Below, piece by piece: positions 39,472 through 49,895 of a DNA stretch of 64,000 bases. Numbering within the stretch: the first letter of the stretch is position 1; every line of letters starts with the position of its first letter. Below the pieces are notes generated by a model, which did not search any database, had not been told where the DNA came from, and worked only from the letters and a program-made list of their open reading frames with translations. The stretch is taken from positions 22,920 to 86,919 of the forward strand of contig JAFGOA010000187.1 in the NCBI GenBank assembly GCA_016926735.1. The letters are read 5' to 3'. Both the position numbers and the translations under genes were made by a program. The stretch is from Promethearchaeota archaeon (lineage in GTDB: Archaea; Asgardarchaeota; Lokiarchaeia; Sigyniarchaeales; SOKP01).

Positions 39472-42366
39472 TCAATACTCTTTATATTTCTCTAATTTCT
39501 CTTTTAATTCAATCAATTTTTTCATAGCATCTAAAGGTGTTAGATTCTCGATATTAAGTTGATTGATATCGTTTATTATTATATTAAGATTTTTATCATA
39601 GCTCAATTCTTTTTTGACTATTGGTTTAAAAAAAGATGTCTGAACTGTTTTCTTTTTATTCGATTCTGAAATAGTTTTTTTTTTTCCTAAAATTTTTGGA
39701 AGTTCTTTATTAGTTTTTAAGTTAATATCTGTTAATTTAGAAATAAGATTTTGAAGATCCTTTCTTTTAATTTCTATTTCATTATTAAGATTTTCAAGTT
39801 GCTTATTTTTATTATGAATTAATTTATCATGATATTTTGTGGTTCCATTACCCAGTTCATTATTATTTTTAATTGTTGTTTTTAAAGGATCATCTTTCTC
39901 GAGTTGCTCTAATATTTTAAATGCCTCTATTATAACATCATCAGGAATTCCTGCTAATTTGGCTATATGTATACCATAGGATTTATCAGTACTCCCCTTT
40001 TTCAGTTTTCTTATAAAATTTATTGACCCATCATCATTTTCAATAATATCAAGATGATAATTCTTTACTCTTGGTAAATTAATTTCAGTTAATTGATGAT
40101 AGTGAGTACTAAATAAAGTTTTAACACTCATATCATGCAATTTTTCCAAAGTAGCAATTGCAATACTTTGACCATCACTTGTGCTTGTTCCTCTCCCAAG
40201 CTCATCTATAATAACCAAACTGTTTTTTGTAGCATAATTTAAGATTTTTGCAGTTTCTGTCATCTCGATCATAAAAGTTGATAATTTTCTTGCTAAATCA
40301 TCAGAAGCCCCAATTCGTGTAAATATTTGGTCAATTATTCCTATTTTAGCTGAACTTGCTGGAACGAAACAACCCATTTGACCAATTAAACATATTAAAG
40401 CAACTTGACGTAAAAAAGTGGATTTTCCTGCCATGTTTGGACCAGTTATAATCAGGATTTGTTCATTATCTGTATCAATATAACAATCATTAGGTATAAA
40501 GCTTTCACTAGTATTCATCTGTTCTATTACAGGATGTCGACCATCTTTAATTTCTATTTTTTTTTTCTTAGTTAATATTGGTCTACAATAATTATTTTTT
40601 TCAGCTAAATCAGCAAAACTACTATAAACATCAATATATGCTAAATTTTTCGAAGTTTCTAATATATCTAATGTATCGTTAACGATTTTATCTCTAATCT
40701 TACAAAAGAGATTATATTCTAATTCATTTATCTTTTCTTGAGCCGATAATATTTTTTCTTCTAAAATTTTCAAATCTTTTGTTGTATATCTTTTTGCATT
40801 TTTAAGAGTTTGACGTTCTACATAATTTTCGGGAATATTTTTAATCAGTTCAAGGGTTCTATTTGTTATTTGTATGTAATATCCTAAAATATTGTTATAA
40901 CCGACTTTTAATCCTGAATTTAGATTGAAAATCTTTTTTTCTTTTTCCTCATATTCAAGAAGATATTTTTTTCCGTTATTGAGAATATCTCTAAGATTAT
41001 CAACTTCCGAATTATATCCCTGTTTAATTATATTTCCATCCTTTATAGTTATTGGAGGATCATCCTTTATTGTATTTTCAATAAGCTCTCGAATATTCTT
41101 AAATTCATTAATTTTAATTAGATATTTTGATATTTCCTGTATTTTAGATTTCTCTAAAATTTCCTTAATTTTAGGTATTTTCTTCAATGAATTTTTTATA
41201 TTAATTAAATCTCTAGCATTTACTCGATTAATATATGTAATACGGTTTATATATCTCTCTAAATCTCCTAATAAACTTAATTTTTCCCTAAGTTCCGTTC
41301 TTAAGAAAATATCCTCTTTAAATCTTTGAACTATATTTAATCTATGATTAATTTCATCTATATCCGTTAGTGGTTGTAATATTACTCTTTTAATTAGTCT
41401 TGAACCCATGGGTGTGAGAGTTCGATCAAAAATAGAAAGTAAAGAAGTCTCTCTTCCTTTTTCCCACAATGAGTTAATTAATTCCAAATTTCTTTGAGTT
41501 GTATAATCTAAATGCAATATTCCTTCTTCTTCAAATAACATTATTTTAAAAATATTGGGAATTAATTCTTGTTGTGTTTCTCTTAAAAAGGCTAGAAGCC
41601 CCCCTGCTGCTTCTATTGCAATAAATGAATCCTCAAGACCAAAACTTTTTAAATTCGATATTTTAAAATGAGTTTTAATGAGATTATATGCTTCATTGTA
41701 TTCAAAATAATAATTATCATATTTTCTAATAACCGCTTCGGTAATATCTGTTATAAAAACAAATAAATTATCATCTTTTTGAAGCTCAGAGGGAATAATT
41801 AATTCTGCGGGATTAAAACGAGCGAAAAGACTAAGTAATTTCTCTAATGGATCGATATTTTTTATAGAATATTCTGCAACAATAAATTCACCTGTAGAAA
41901 TATCTGCAAAAGCACATCCATATCCCTTTGTTCTTTTAACTAACGTTGCTACATAATTATTATCATTTGATTTTAACATATAATCTTCTGTTAAGGTGCC
42001 CGGAGAGAGAATTCTTGTTACACCTCTTTTTACAATTCTACCTTTTACTGTTGAAGGATCTTCGAGTTGATCAACAATTACTACTGTTTCTTTTTTTTTT
42101 ATTAAATTTGTTAAATAATTTTTGCAAGCATGATGGGGAATTCCTGCTAATGGATACTTATCATCCCCTACTTTGCGATTTGTTAAGGTTATTCCTAATA
42201 ATTTTGATACTCTAACAGCATCATCATAAAAAAATTCATAAAAATCTCCCATTCTATATGCAATGAGATGTTCTGGGTATTTTTTTTTAATAGAATACCA
42301 ATGTTTGATCATAGGTGTAAGATTTCTTTCGTTTAATTGCTCACTAAAAGCTGAAGTCATAATCAT
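39472..42366 (-). CDS. mutS: DNA mismatch repair protein MutS1
   Basis: MGDFYE, GPNMAGKS, STFM.EM, DELGRGT, THY and SYGI motifs. Confidence 0.96.
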   Translation of the reverse strand: MIMTSAFSEQLNERNLTPMIKHWYSIKKKYPEHLIAYRMGDFYEFFYDDAVRVSKLLGITLTNRKVGDDKYPLAGIPHHACKNYLTNLIKKKETVVIVDQLEDPSTVKGRIVKRGVTRILSPGTLTEDYMLKSNDNNYVATLVKRTKGYGCAFADISTGEFIVAEYSIKNIDPLEKLLSLFARFNPAELIIPSELQKDDNLFVFITDITEAVIRKYDNYYFEYNEAYNLIKTHFKISNLKSFGLEDSFIAIEAAGGLLAFLRETQQELIPNIFKIMLFEEEGILHLDYTTQRNLELINSLWEKGRETSLLSIFDRTLTPMGSRLIKRVILQPLTDIDEINHRLNIVQRFKEDIFLRTELREKLSLLGDLERYINRITYINRVNARDLINIKNSLKKIPKIKEILEKSKIQEISKYLIKINEFKNIRELIENTIKDDPPITIKDGNIIKQGYNSEVDNLRDILNNGKKYLLEYEEKEKKIFNLNSGLKVGYNNILGYYIQITNRTLELIKNIPENYVERQTLKNAKRYTTKDLKILEEKILSAQEKINELEYNLFCKIRDKIVNDTLDILETSKNLAYIDVYSSFADLAEKNNYCRPILTKKKKIEIKDGRHPVIEQMNTSESFIPNDCYIDTDNEQILIITGPNMAGKSTFLRQVALICLIGQMGCFVPASSAKIGIIDQIFTRIGASDDLARKLSTFMIEMTETAKILNYATKNSLVIIDELGRGTSTSDGQSIAIATLEKLHDMSVKTLFSTHYHQLTEINLPRVKNYHLDIIENDDGSINFIRKLKKGSTDKSYGIHIAKLAGIPDDVIIEAFKILEQLEKDDPLKTTIKNNNELGNGTTKYHDKLIHNKNKQLENLNNEIEIKRKDLQNLISKLTDINLKTNKELPKILGKKKTISESNKKKTVQTSFFKPIVKKELSYDKNLNIIINDINQLNIENLTPLDAMKKLIELKEKLEKYKEY

Positions 42367-42545
42367 TCCATATTAAATATTTTAAAACCATAATATTAAC
42401 TTTAATATTAGTTCTTGATGTAAATTAATTCTAATTATTTAGTTTTTAATAATTGTAGAAAATTATCTCTATTATTAATTAATAAAGTTCTTTAAAAAAA
42501 TAAAGAGTGTCTTGATTGAGTATTTAATTATATTATAATTTAAAT

Positions 42546-43373
42546 TTAAAGATGTTTTCCTAACCAAATAAACATGTCTCTATATACTTCAGCTCTTCCT
42601 TTATCATGCCAAAGTTCATGAAGAAATCCTTCATATTCTTTGTATGTTTTATCATTACTTCTAATATTTTTAAAAAATTTATTTGTCTTGCTAATGTCAG
42701 CAAATTTATCGTCTTTCCCTTGATTTATAAGGACAGGACAAATTAATCTTGATGCATTTTTTAATGCTATTTTCATAGCATCTTCCATTTCAGAATAACT
42801 CTTAACTGTTATTTGTGTCAATTTATTCTTATCTGCAATATGTTCTCTAAGTATTTTTACATCATTTGTCAATTTATTCTGCTCAATTTTAAGATCTATA
42901 GTTTTCATCTGTCCAGATACAATCTTGTCTACTTTTTTGGCACTGGTGATAGTCATTTTTAATCCAAATAATGGTGAGGATGCAATAACTCCTGCTATTG
43001 CTGGATGTTCAATTGCATATATTAAAGCAATTAATCCCCCAAAAGATTGTCCAATTACAAATATTTTCTTATCTTTATTTTTTTCTTTTATAATATCCAT
43101 GAATAGCACAATATCTTTCTGAATATCTTCCATTGAATCTATATGTCCGGGTATATCTATAATATTTCTCCAATGACCTCTTAGATCAAAAGCATAAATC
43201 CCATATCCTTTCTCAGCAAAATATTCTGCTATAGGTTTTAATCGATCTGAATGTGTTCCTAAACCATGAAAAGCAATAATTACTGCTTTGATTTTTTCAG
43301 AATCAGGTCCCCAGTATTGGTAAAAAAGCTTTTGGGCACCTCTCCCTTCAAATGTATCCGTTAAATTTTGCAT
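42546..43373 (-). CDS. Alpha/beta hydrolase (lysophospholipase/MAG-lipase-like)
   Basis: HGLG.H, DLRGH, GQSFGG, D and HEL motifs. Confidence 0.88.
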   Translation of the reverse strand: MQNLTDTFEGRGAQKLFYQYWGPDSEKIKAVIIAFHGLGTHSDRLKPIAEYFAEKGYGIYAFDLRGHWRNIIDIPGHIDSMEDIQKDIVLFMDIIKEKNKDKKIFVIGQSFGGLIALIYAIEHPAIAGVIASSPLFGLKMTITSAKKVDKIVSGQMKTIDLKIEQNKLTNDVKILREHIADKNKLTQITVKSYSEMEDAMKIALKNASRLICPVLINQGKDDKFADISKTNKFFKNIRSNDKTYKEYEGFLHELWHDKGRAEVYRDMFIWLGKHL

Positions 43374-43640
43374 TTTATAATCACTTGATTAGGTTATGAA
43401 TAATTAAATAAAAATCTCGAGTATTAAATAATCTCTTCTTTTTTTGCAGAATTCTAATATTTTAATCTGGAAAATGTTTTGTTAAATTTTGGTCTAAATG
43501 CTATTTTTAAATATATATGTTATATTAAAATTAGATTATCATAATTTTAATTAAAATTCTAAAATATATGATTATTAGTATAATAATCAGATCTAATATT
43601 TATAACAATAAAAGTCACTAAAATCAAAGGTAAAAATATA

Positions 43641-44117
43641 ATGAAAAAAAACGCATCATTTTTTGGAATGATTATTTCTCTTTTGATGATAATTTTTACA
43701 TTTATCATGATTCCTATTAATCTTAATCTTATCGAGGATATGCTTAATAGTCATGGATATTCTTTAGATTCTACATATGTTAATATGGAGCCGTTAATAA
43801 AATCTACGATTATGTCCTTACTGATTTTTACATTTCTTTTTATTGGAGGATATTTAGGTTCATATAAAGAATCTAATATCGGAAGAACAATGGTTTTTCT
43901 TATGGGGATATTTTCATTTTTTGGAATGTTTATATATTTAGAACCAATAGAGCTCCCAGGATATGCTTTTATTCTTCCTATGTGCTACCATCTTTATTAT
44001 ATAAGCAATATTATCTTATTATTTATTGGAATTTCTGCTTTTCCACTTCAACAAATTAAATCGGATTTTAATTTATACCAAAAAATCAAAAATGAAATTG
44101 AAGAGGAATTAAATTAA
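43641..44117 (+). CDS. Hypothetical 4-TM membrane protein
   Basis: Four hydrophobic segments; no family recognised. Confidence 0.6.
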   Translation: MKKNASFFGMIISLLMIIFTFIMIPINLNLIEDMLNSHGYSLDSTYVNMEPLIKSTIMSLLIFTFLFIGGYLGSYKESNIGRTMVFLMGIFSFFGMFIYLEPIELPGYAFILPMCYHLYYISNIILLFIGISAFPLQQIKSDFNLYQKIKNEIEEELN

Positions 44118-44252
44118 TAAATTTTAATGATAGTTATTGTTGAAGTAACTATTATTTTTTTCTAAATATTTAATTTTAAAATTCAACTTAAATTTTTAAA
44201 GTATTAATCTTCAACTATTTTTATAGGGAAATAATATTTCTAAGTATTTTGA

Positions 44253-45131
44253 ATGAGTCAGGCAGGAAAATTATTAACACGTTTAGAAAAGGAAGATCTA
44301 AGAATTTTAATGGCAATTGAAATTGGGATGAAGAAATCTGAATATGTTACGATTAAAGATATAAAATTTTATTCAAGATATCCACTGCCAGAAACCTTAT
44401 ATAGATTGAAAAACGTCCATAAATTAGGATTAACAATAAGAAATTCCGAAGAACGTGAAGTTGCATATCAAATAAATTCAATTGGTTATGATGTGTTAGC
44501 TCTTCACACACTTGTAGAAAAAAAGATAATCAGTCAACTAGGACCATTACTTGGAAAAGGAAAAGAATCTGATGTTTATAGTTGTATTGATGATGATGAT
44601 GTTATTTATGCTCTAAAAATATATAGAATGGGAAGAAGAAGTTTTAAAAATGTGAGGAAATTAAGAAATATTACAGGGGAAAGAACTCATTTATCTTGGC
44701 TTTATATTAATAGACTTGCTGCTAAAAAAGAATATAATGCTCTTAAAGAGATTTATAAATTGGGTTTAAAAACTCCTAAACCTATCGGTTATAATAGACA
44801 TATAATTGTAATGGAATACCTAAGAGGTAAAGAGATAGTCTATTATAAGGACATAGAAAAACCAGAAGAGTTATTTAATGAAATTCTTTTTCAAATGAGA
44901 GAAATATATAAAAAGTCTAATCTTGTGCATGGAGATTTGGGTGAATTCAATATAATTTCTGATGAGGATGGAAATATATTGATTATTGATTGGTTGCAAT
45001 CAATCCCAAGTGATCATCCTAATGCTTTAAAGATTCTTGAACGAGATATTCAAAATATTTGTAATTATTTCCATAAAAAATACAGAATAGAATATAATTT
45101 AAAGGATATTTTAGATTCTTTTACAGAATAA
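44253..45131 (+). CDS. rio2: RIO2 serine/threonine kinase
   Basis: N-terminal wHTH, GYDVLAL, GKESDVY, HGDL.EFNI and IIDW.Q motifs. Confidence 0.94.
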   Translation: MSQAGKLLTRLEKEDLRILMAIEIGMKKSEYVTIKDIKFYSRYPLPETLYRLKNVHKLGLTIRNSEEREVAYQINSIGYDVLALHTLVEKKIISQLGPLLGKGKESDVYSCIDDDDVIYALKIYRMGRRSFKNVRKLRNITGERTHLSWLYINRLAAKKEYNALKEIYKLGLKTPKPIGYNRHIIVMEYLRGKEIVYYKDIEKPEELFNEILFQMREIYKKSNLVHGDLGEFNIISDEDGNILIIDWLQSIPSDHPNALKILERDIQNICNYFHKKYRIEYNLKDILDSFTE

Positions 45132-45137
45132 ACTTAA

Positions 45138-45764
45138 TTAAAATAATGGTTTTTTTTTACCAAGAATTATAAAATCTTCAATAGAATCAATATCAATAAA
45201 TTCTAAATCATCAACATAATTTTCGATAAAAGATTTAAATTCCTTGATTTTTATTTTTTTTTTTAAAATAGAGATATGCAATATAGCGTTAGTTTTTAAT
45301 GTTTTTATTGATTCAATCACTGCATTATTAATCATTGGTAGATTTTGAAAAGACGTAATTGAAAAAAATGAATTAAAACTTTGAATCCTGAATGGTAGGA
45401 AATCAAGGTCTGCTAGAATTATATCAATATTGTCCTTAAATAACTTGTGATTATCATTAATTTTATTCTTGAATTTATTTAACATTTTTATAGAGATATC
45501 TATCCCTATATAATGATAGTTACCAAATTTTGATCTCTTTTCCATATATTTTTCAACTATATATGAAAAAAGAAGTCCAGTACCGCACCCTGCATCTAAA
45601 ATAATTTTATTTAATGGAGTAAAATGTTTTAATATTAAATCATATTTCATTTTTTGAATATCTCTGTATCTTTCATCATAAAAATGTGAAGTAGAATTAT
45701 ATTTATTTATAATTTCCTTTTTTTTAGAATTGTAGGATCTTTTATCTTCCAAACAAATGACCAA
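45138..45764 (-). CDS. Class I SAM-dependent methyltransferase
   Basis: ILDAGCGTG, GIDIS..ML and LPF motifs. Confidence 0.88.
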   Translation of the reverse strand: MVICLEDKRSYNSKKKEIINKYNSTSHFYDERYRDIQKMKYDLILKHFTPLNKIILDAGCGTGLLFSYIVEKYMEKRSKFGNYHYIGIDISIKMLNKFKNKINDNHKLFKDNIDIILADLDFLPFRIQSFNSFFSITSFQNLPMINNAVIESIKTLKTNAILHISILKKKIKIKEFKSFIENYVDDLEFIDIDSIEDFIILGKKKPLF

Positions 45765-45876
45765 TAAGTTTTAATTTTATCAAATTTTAACTATGATTAA
45801 ATTAAAATTACTCTTTAAATTATCTTATCTATAGTTATTTTAAAAATTAATTTGTTTTATTAAAGGTAAAAAAACA

Positions 45877-46131
45877 ATGTCAAATGATCAAAGAAAATTA
45901 AAAAATCCTTTACATATATTACAAGAAGCTCAGGAATCTGAGATATTACTTAGATTAAAAGATGGTACCGAATATAAAGGAACCTTGAAAGAAATTGATG
46001 CCTATATGAATATGATCCTTTCGGATTGTACAGAAATCCTCGATGGAAGTCCTGTAGCAAAATATAGCGAAATTTTTATTCGAGGAAATAACCTCCTTTT
46101 CATAAAACCAGATGCCTCGGAAATACTTTAA
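45877..46131 (+). CDS. Sm-like (Lsm/SmAP) RNA-binding protein
   Basis: LKDG.EY.G.L...D.YMN..L (Sm1) and IFIRGNN (Sm2). Confidence 0.95.
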   Translation: MSNDQRKLKNPLHILQEAQESEILLRLKDGTEYKGTLKEIDAYMNMILSDCTEILDGSPVAKYSEIFIRGNNLLFIKPDASEIL

Positions 46132-46199
46132 ATAAGAAACTTTATTATTTTATCCAGATATTTTTGTGTAAAAAATATATAGTTTTTTAATATTAGACT

Positions 46200-46631
46200 G
46201 TGTTTATGAATAAGAATTTTTCAATCATAGGATATGGAACATTTATCACTAAAGGATACTGGAAAGATAAAGAAAATATAGAAGTTTGTAAAGTTCCAGG
46301 ATATAGAAGAATTTATCCGGAAGGTAATTGGTTTCCCTATGTTCTTAAAGATAAGGAATCATCTTTTTGGGCATTAAAATTTGATGTCTCTGGAGATGAT
46401 TTATATCAATTGGATGTTTATGAAGGTGTTTTTTTAGGATTTTATAAAAGAATTTTAATTGAGATTAATACAAAGAATTATGTTTTAAAGAAAGCATATA
46501 TGTATATCCCAACAGAAGAGACTGTTAAAAAGGAAAAATTATCTCTTGAGATGGATATTATTGATAAATGGAAGAATGAAATTAAAAAAAATACTGAGAT
46601 AATTAAATTATTCCCTGAATTACTCTATTAA
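46200..46631 (+). CDS. Gamma-glutamylcyclotransferase-like protein
   Basis: GYGT, LDVYEG and Y.R motifs. Confidence 0.8.
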   Translation: MFMNKNFSIIGYGTFITKGYWKDKENIEVCKVPGYRRIYPEGNWFPYVLKDKESSFWALKFDVSGDDLYQLDVYEGVFLGFYKRILIEINTKNYVLKKAYMYIPTEETVKKEKLSLEMDIIDKWKNEIKKNTEIIKLFPELLY

Positions 46632-46649
46632 GGTAATTACTTCTTATTA

Positions 46650-47558
46650 TTATATTATTTTGGCCAGAACTCTTATCCCTCTTATAATTGCATAAGAGGC
46701 AAGATTTGGAAATTGCTTACCTCTATAATTAGATGAAGAAAAAATAGATAATAAACGATCTTTAAAAAAAAATCGATAACCTTCTTGAAAAACTTCATGA
46801 GATCTTATTAAAAAATCCAAATTATTTTTATTCATAAATTCATCAAAAACATCTTTCCCAAAATATTTAATACCAATTCCTCTGATACTGTCCTGAAACC
46901 CTTTAATTGATGGTTTTGGATCATTCCACATCATTTGAAATACATTCTTAAGTAGCATCATCGATTTTTCTTTAGTATAAGTTATTATATTTAGATTTTT
47001 TAGATCATTTAAAATATCTATATCTTCTGGAATTCCTCCATGGACACATAATATTTTTTCATTCACAATAGCACAAACTGGAATCGAATCATATAATTCT
47101 TCAATTTCGTTATATCTATCATAATCACAGAATTTTCTAATGAATTCTTCATAAAATCCATAAGCCTTATTCATTTCATAAGATTCATGATTTCCTCGTA
47201 AGAGATAAAATCTTTCTGGATTTTTAATTTTTAAAGATAAAATAATTATTAAACATTCTAATTGTTTTGGACCTCTATCAACAATATCTCCGAGAAAAAT
47301 AATATATTTTGGATTATTATTTCTGATTATTCTAAGTAAGTTTAGTAATGAATCCAGATTTCCATGGATATCTCCAATTACAAAGATTTCATCATCATTA
47401 TTGTCTACTTTGAGTTCTATTAATTTATTTTCATTTCTGAAATGCTTTATTGCTTGTTTCATTATCTTAGAAAATATACTGATATCTAGGTTTGAAATTA
47501 AATTCGGATTAATTATCAGATTCTCTAAATTAATATTATTTATCAAAAAATGTTTCAC
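46650..47558 (-). CDS. PPP-family Ser/Thr protein phosphatase
   Basis: GDIHG, GDIVDRG, RGNHE, HGG, WNDP, RSHE and FSSSNY motifs. Confidence 0.93.
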   Translation of the reverse strand: MKHFLINNINLENLIINPNLISNLDISIFSKIMKQAIKHFRNENKLIELKVDNNDDEIFVIGDIHGNLDSLLNLLRIIRNNNPKYIIFLGDIVDRGPKQLECLIIILSLKIKNPERFYLLRGNHESYEMNKAYGFYEEFIRKFCDYDRYNEIEELYDSIPVCAIVNEKILCVHGGIPEDIDILNDLKNLNIITYTKEKSMMLLKNVFQMMWNDPKPSIKGFQDSIRGIGIKYFGKDVFDEFMNKNNLDFLIRSHEVFQEGYRFFFKDRLLSIFSSSNYRGKQFPNLASYAIIRGIRVLAKII

Positions 47559-47694
47559 TATCCTTTAAATTATTAGTGATAATATTCATGTTTAATTCTA
47601 CTGATTTTGTTATGAAACCACATTTTTATTAATATGGAACATATAATTATTCTTAATAATTCTACATGAAAACGTTTTTTAAATAGGGATTAAA

Positions 47695-49776
47695 ATTATA
47701 AGAGAGAATAATAGAAAAAAGGAATTTATAGAAAAAATTAGATTTTATATTAAAATCTTTGAAGATAAGAGAAATAAAAATTCCCTTTTAAGTCAAAAAA
47801 AGGGTATTGCTTACACTCCTCTTAAAATTATTGATATAATGGTAAAAAAATGTTTTATTTTATATTTTAATCATATGACAAAACCAAAAATATTTACCAA
47901 AACAAAAGAACAAAATATCAACAATGTAAAAGAAATTATTGTAAAACATCCACAATTTAAATCTCTCTTCAAAGTCGGATTAGATAAATTAAAAATATTA
48001 GATCCTGCTTGTGGTTCGGGCAGATTTTTATTGCAAATAGCAAAATATATTTTTACTCTTTATCAATCAATAGAACCTTCTCCTAATATTTTTATTTTAA
48101 AAAAAAAAATAATTATGAATAACATTTTTGGGATTGATTCTGATCAAGAAGCATGTTATATATCTAAATTAAGATTATTTCAATGGATCCTCCCAGATAA
48201 TAACAATTTTCAATTAAATAATTGTAATAAGTTTTCAAAAAATAATGATTCCCTTAGAAATATGGAACGAATTTTAAAAGTAATTGATTTTAAAATAAAT
48301 GTTGAAAATAAGGATTTTTTAGTAGATGATCAAAAAAAAGATCATTTTCATATTATAATAGGTAACCCTCCTTATATAGAAAATAAAAAAATAAAAAATG
48401 ATACATATAAAAAGGATTTATACTCTAAATATCAATCTGCATACAAATTATATGATCTTTCTATCCTCTTTATTGAAAGATCTCTAAATATTCTAAAAAA
48501 AACAGGTTATATGTCATTCATTATAACCAATAAATTTTTATCTTCTAATTATGGAGTAAAATTAAGAGAATTACTTATAAAATATTCAAAAATAAGTTTT
48601 ATCATAAATATATCTTCACTTCCGATTTTTCAAGGCAAATCTATTTATCCCATTATAATTTTCACCCAAAATATGATTCCTGAAAAGGATCATAATATTA
48701 AATATAAAAATATTGATAAAATAGAGAATTTACAAAATAATATTGAGTATGAGACATTTCTCCAAAAAAAATTTTTAAATTTTCCTGAGATGGTTATTCC
48801 TTTAAAAGGAGATTTAGATCTTCTTAGTAAAATTTATTTAAATTATCAAACAATGGAAGAAAAATTCAGTGGTCTAAATTTAGTTTACCGTCCATATGGA
48901 TTTACTGATTATACTAAATACTTTAAATATATAACCAATGATAAAAAAACTGACTTTGATTTAATTTTGCTCGGAACCGGAAATATCGGTAAATATTATA
49001 TTAAATTTAACAAAAAGATAAAAATTGCTGGTGGAATATATAATGTCTCATATATTAATCCTGAAATGAGAAATCAAAAGATCTGGAAAAAAATACATTC
49101 AAATAAAATCATCTTTAGAGAAATTGCTAAAGAATTGACGTGTGTTTATGATCCGGGCGTATTTACAAATATCACAGGATTATACTTTATTGAAATCCCT
49201 AATATCGAATTAGATTCTCTTTTTACTATTTTAAGTATTCTCAATTCTAAATTTATGGATTCTATATTTAAAGCATTATTTGGAACATTACATATGTCTG
49301 GAGGGTATTTAAGATTTAATGGAAGTTTTATAAAAAAATTACCTATGCCTCACTATTTTCCAATAATTTTAGCCAGATTAGGAAAAGTTTTGCAATTTTT
49401 ATATCAATTAGAATATGATTATAATTACAATAGAGATTATTTTCAAAATTTTAAAAATAATAATATTAAAGAAAATCAAACTTTTCTTTCTTCTCTCTCA
49501 GAAGCATTAATAAAACTATTATATCTCTCTGATTTAAAAGATGATTCATATCTTTCTTTTTCCGAATTGATTAATTTATTAGATTCAAAAAATAAATTCT
49601 TTGATTTTGATTTTAAATTTATTTATCCATACTTTATGTTAGAATCATTCAATATTATATCTAAGAAAAACCAACAAAAATTAATTTTTGAGATTCAGGA
49701 AAATATTAAAGAATTTAGAGATAATATGAAATTATTAGAAGAAATAGACACAATAAATAACCTATCAAAGTTCTAA
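47695..49776 (+). CDS. N6-adenine DNA methyltransferase (gamma class, TaqI/Eco57I-like); start probably upstream of the track ATG at 47839
   Basis: DPACGSG.F, GNPPY and TaqI_C-like tail; motif X (KKGIAYTP) lies in frame upstream of the first ATG; frame open from 47683. Confidence 0.8.
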   Translation: MIRENNRKKEFIEKIRFYIKIFEDKRNKNSLLSQKKGIAYTPLKIIDIMVKKCFILYFNHMTKPKIFTKTKEQNINNVKEIIVKHPQFKSLFKVGLDKLKILDPACGSGRFLLQIAKYIFTLYQSIEPSPNIFILKKKIIMNNIFGIDSDQEACYISKLRLFQWILPDNNNFQLNNCNKFSKNNDSLRNMERILKVIDFKINVENKDFLVDDQKKDHFHIIIGNPPYIENKKIKNDTYKKDLYSKYQSAYKLYDLSILFIERSLNILKKTGYMSFIITNKFLSSNYGVKLRELLIKYSKISFIINISSLPIFQGKSIYPIIIFTQNMIPEKDHNIKYKNIDKIENLQNNIEYETFLQKKFLNFPEMVIPLKGDLDLLSKIYLNYQTMEEKFSGLNLVYRPYGFTDYTKYFKYITNDKKTDFDLILLGTGNIGKYYIKFNKKIKIAGGIYNVSYINPEMRNQKIWKKIHSNKIIFREIAKELTCVYDPGVFTNITGLYFIEIPNIELDSLFTILSILNSKFMDSIFKALFGTLHMSGGYLRFNGSFIKKLPMPHYFPIILARLGKVLQFLYQLEYDYNYNRDYFQNFKNNNIKENQTFLSSLSEALIKLLYLSDLKDDSYLSFSELINLLDSKNKFFDFDFKFIYPYFMLESFNIISKKNQQKLIFEIQENIKEFRDNMKLLEEIDTINNLSKF

Positions 49777-49895
49777 GAGAAATTAACTAATTTAATATCT
49801 TTTTATTGATTATATTAAACATAAGAATTATAACTATCAAAAAATATTTATATATTATATAACTAAAATAAAGATTTTGAACAGTATAATTAATT

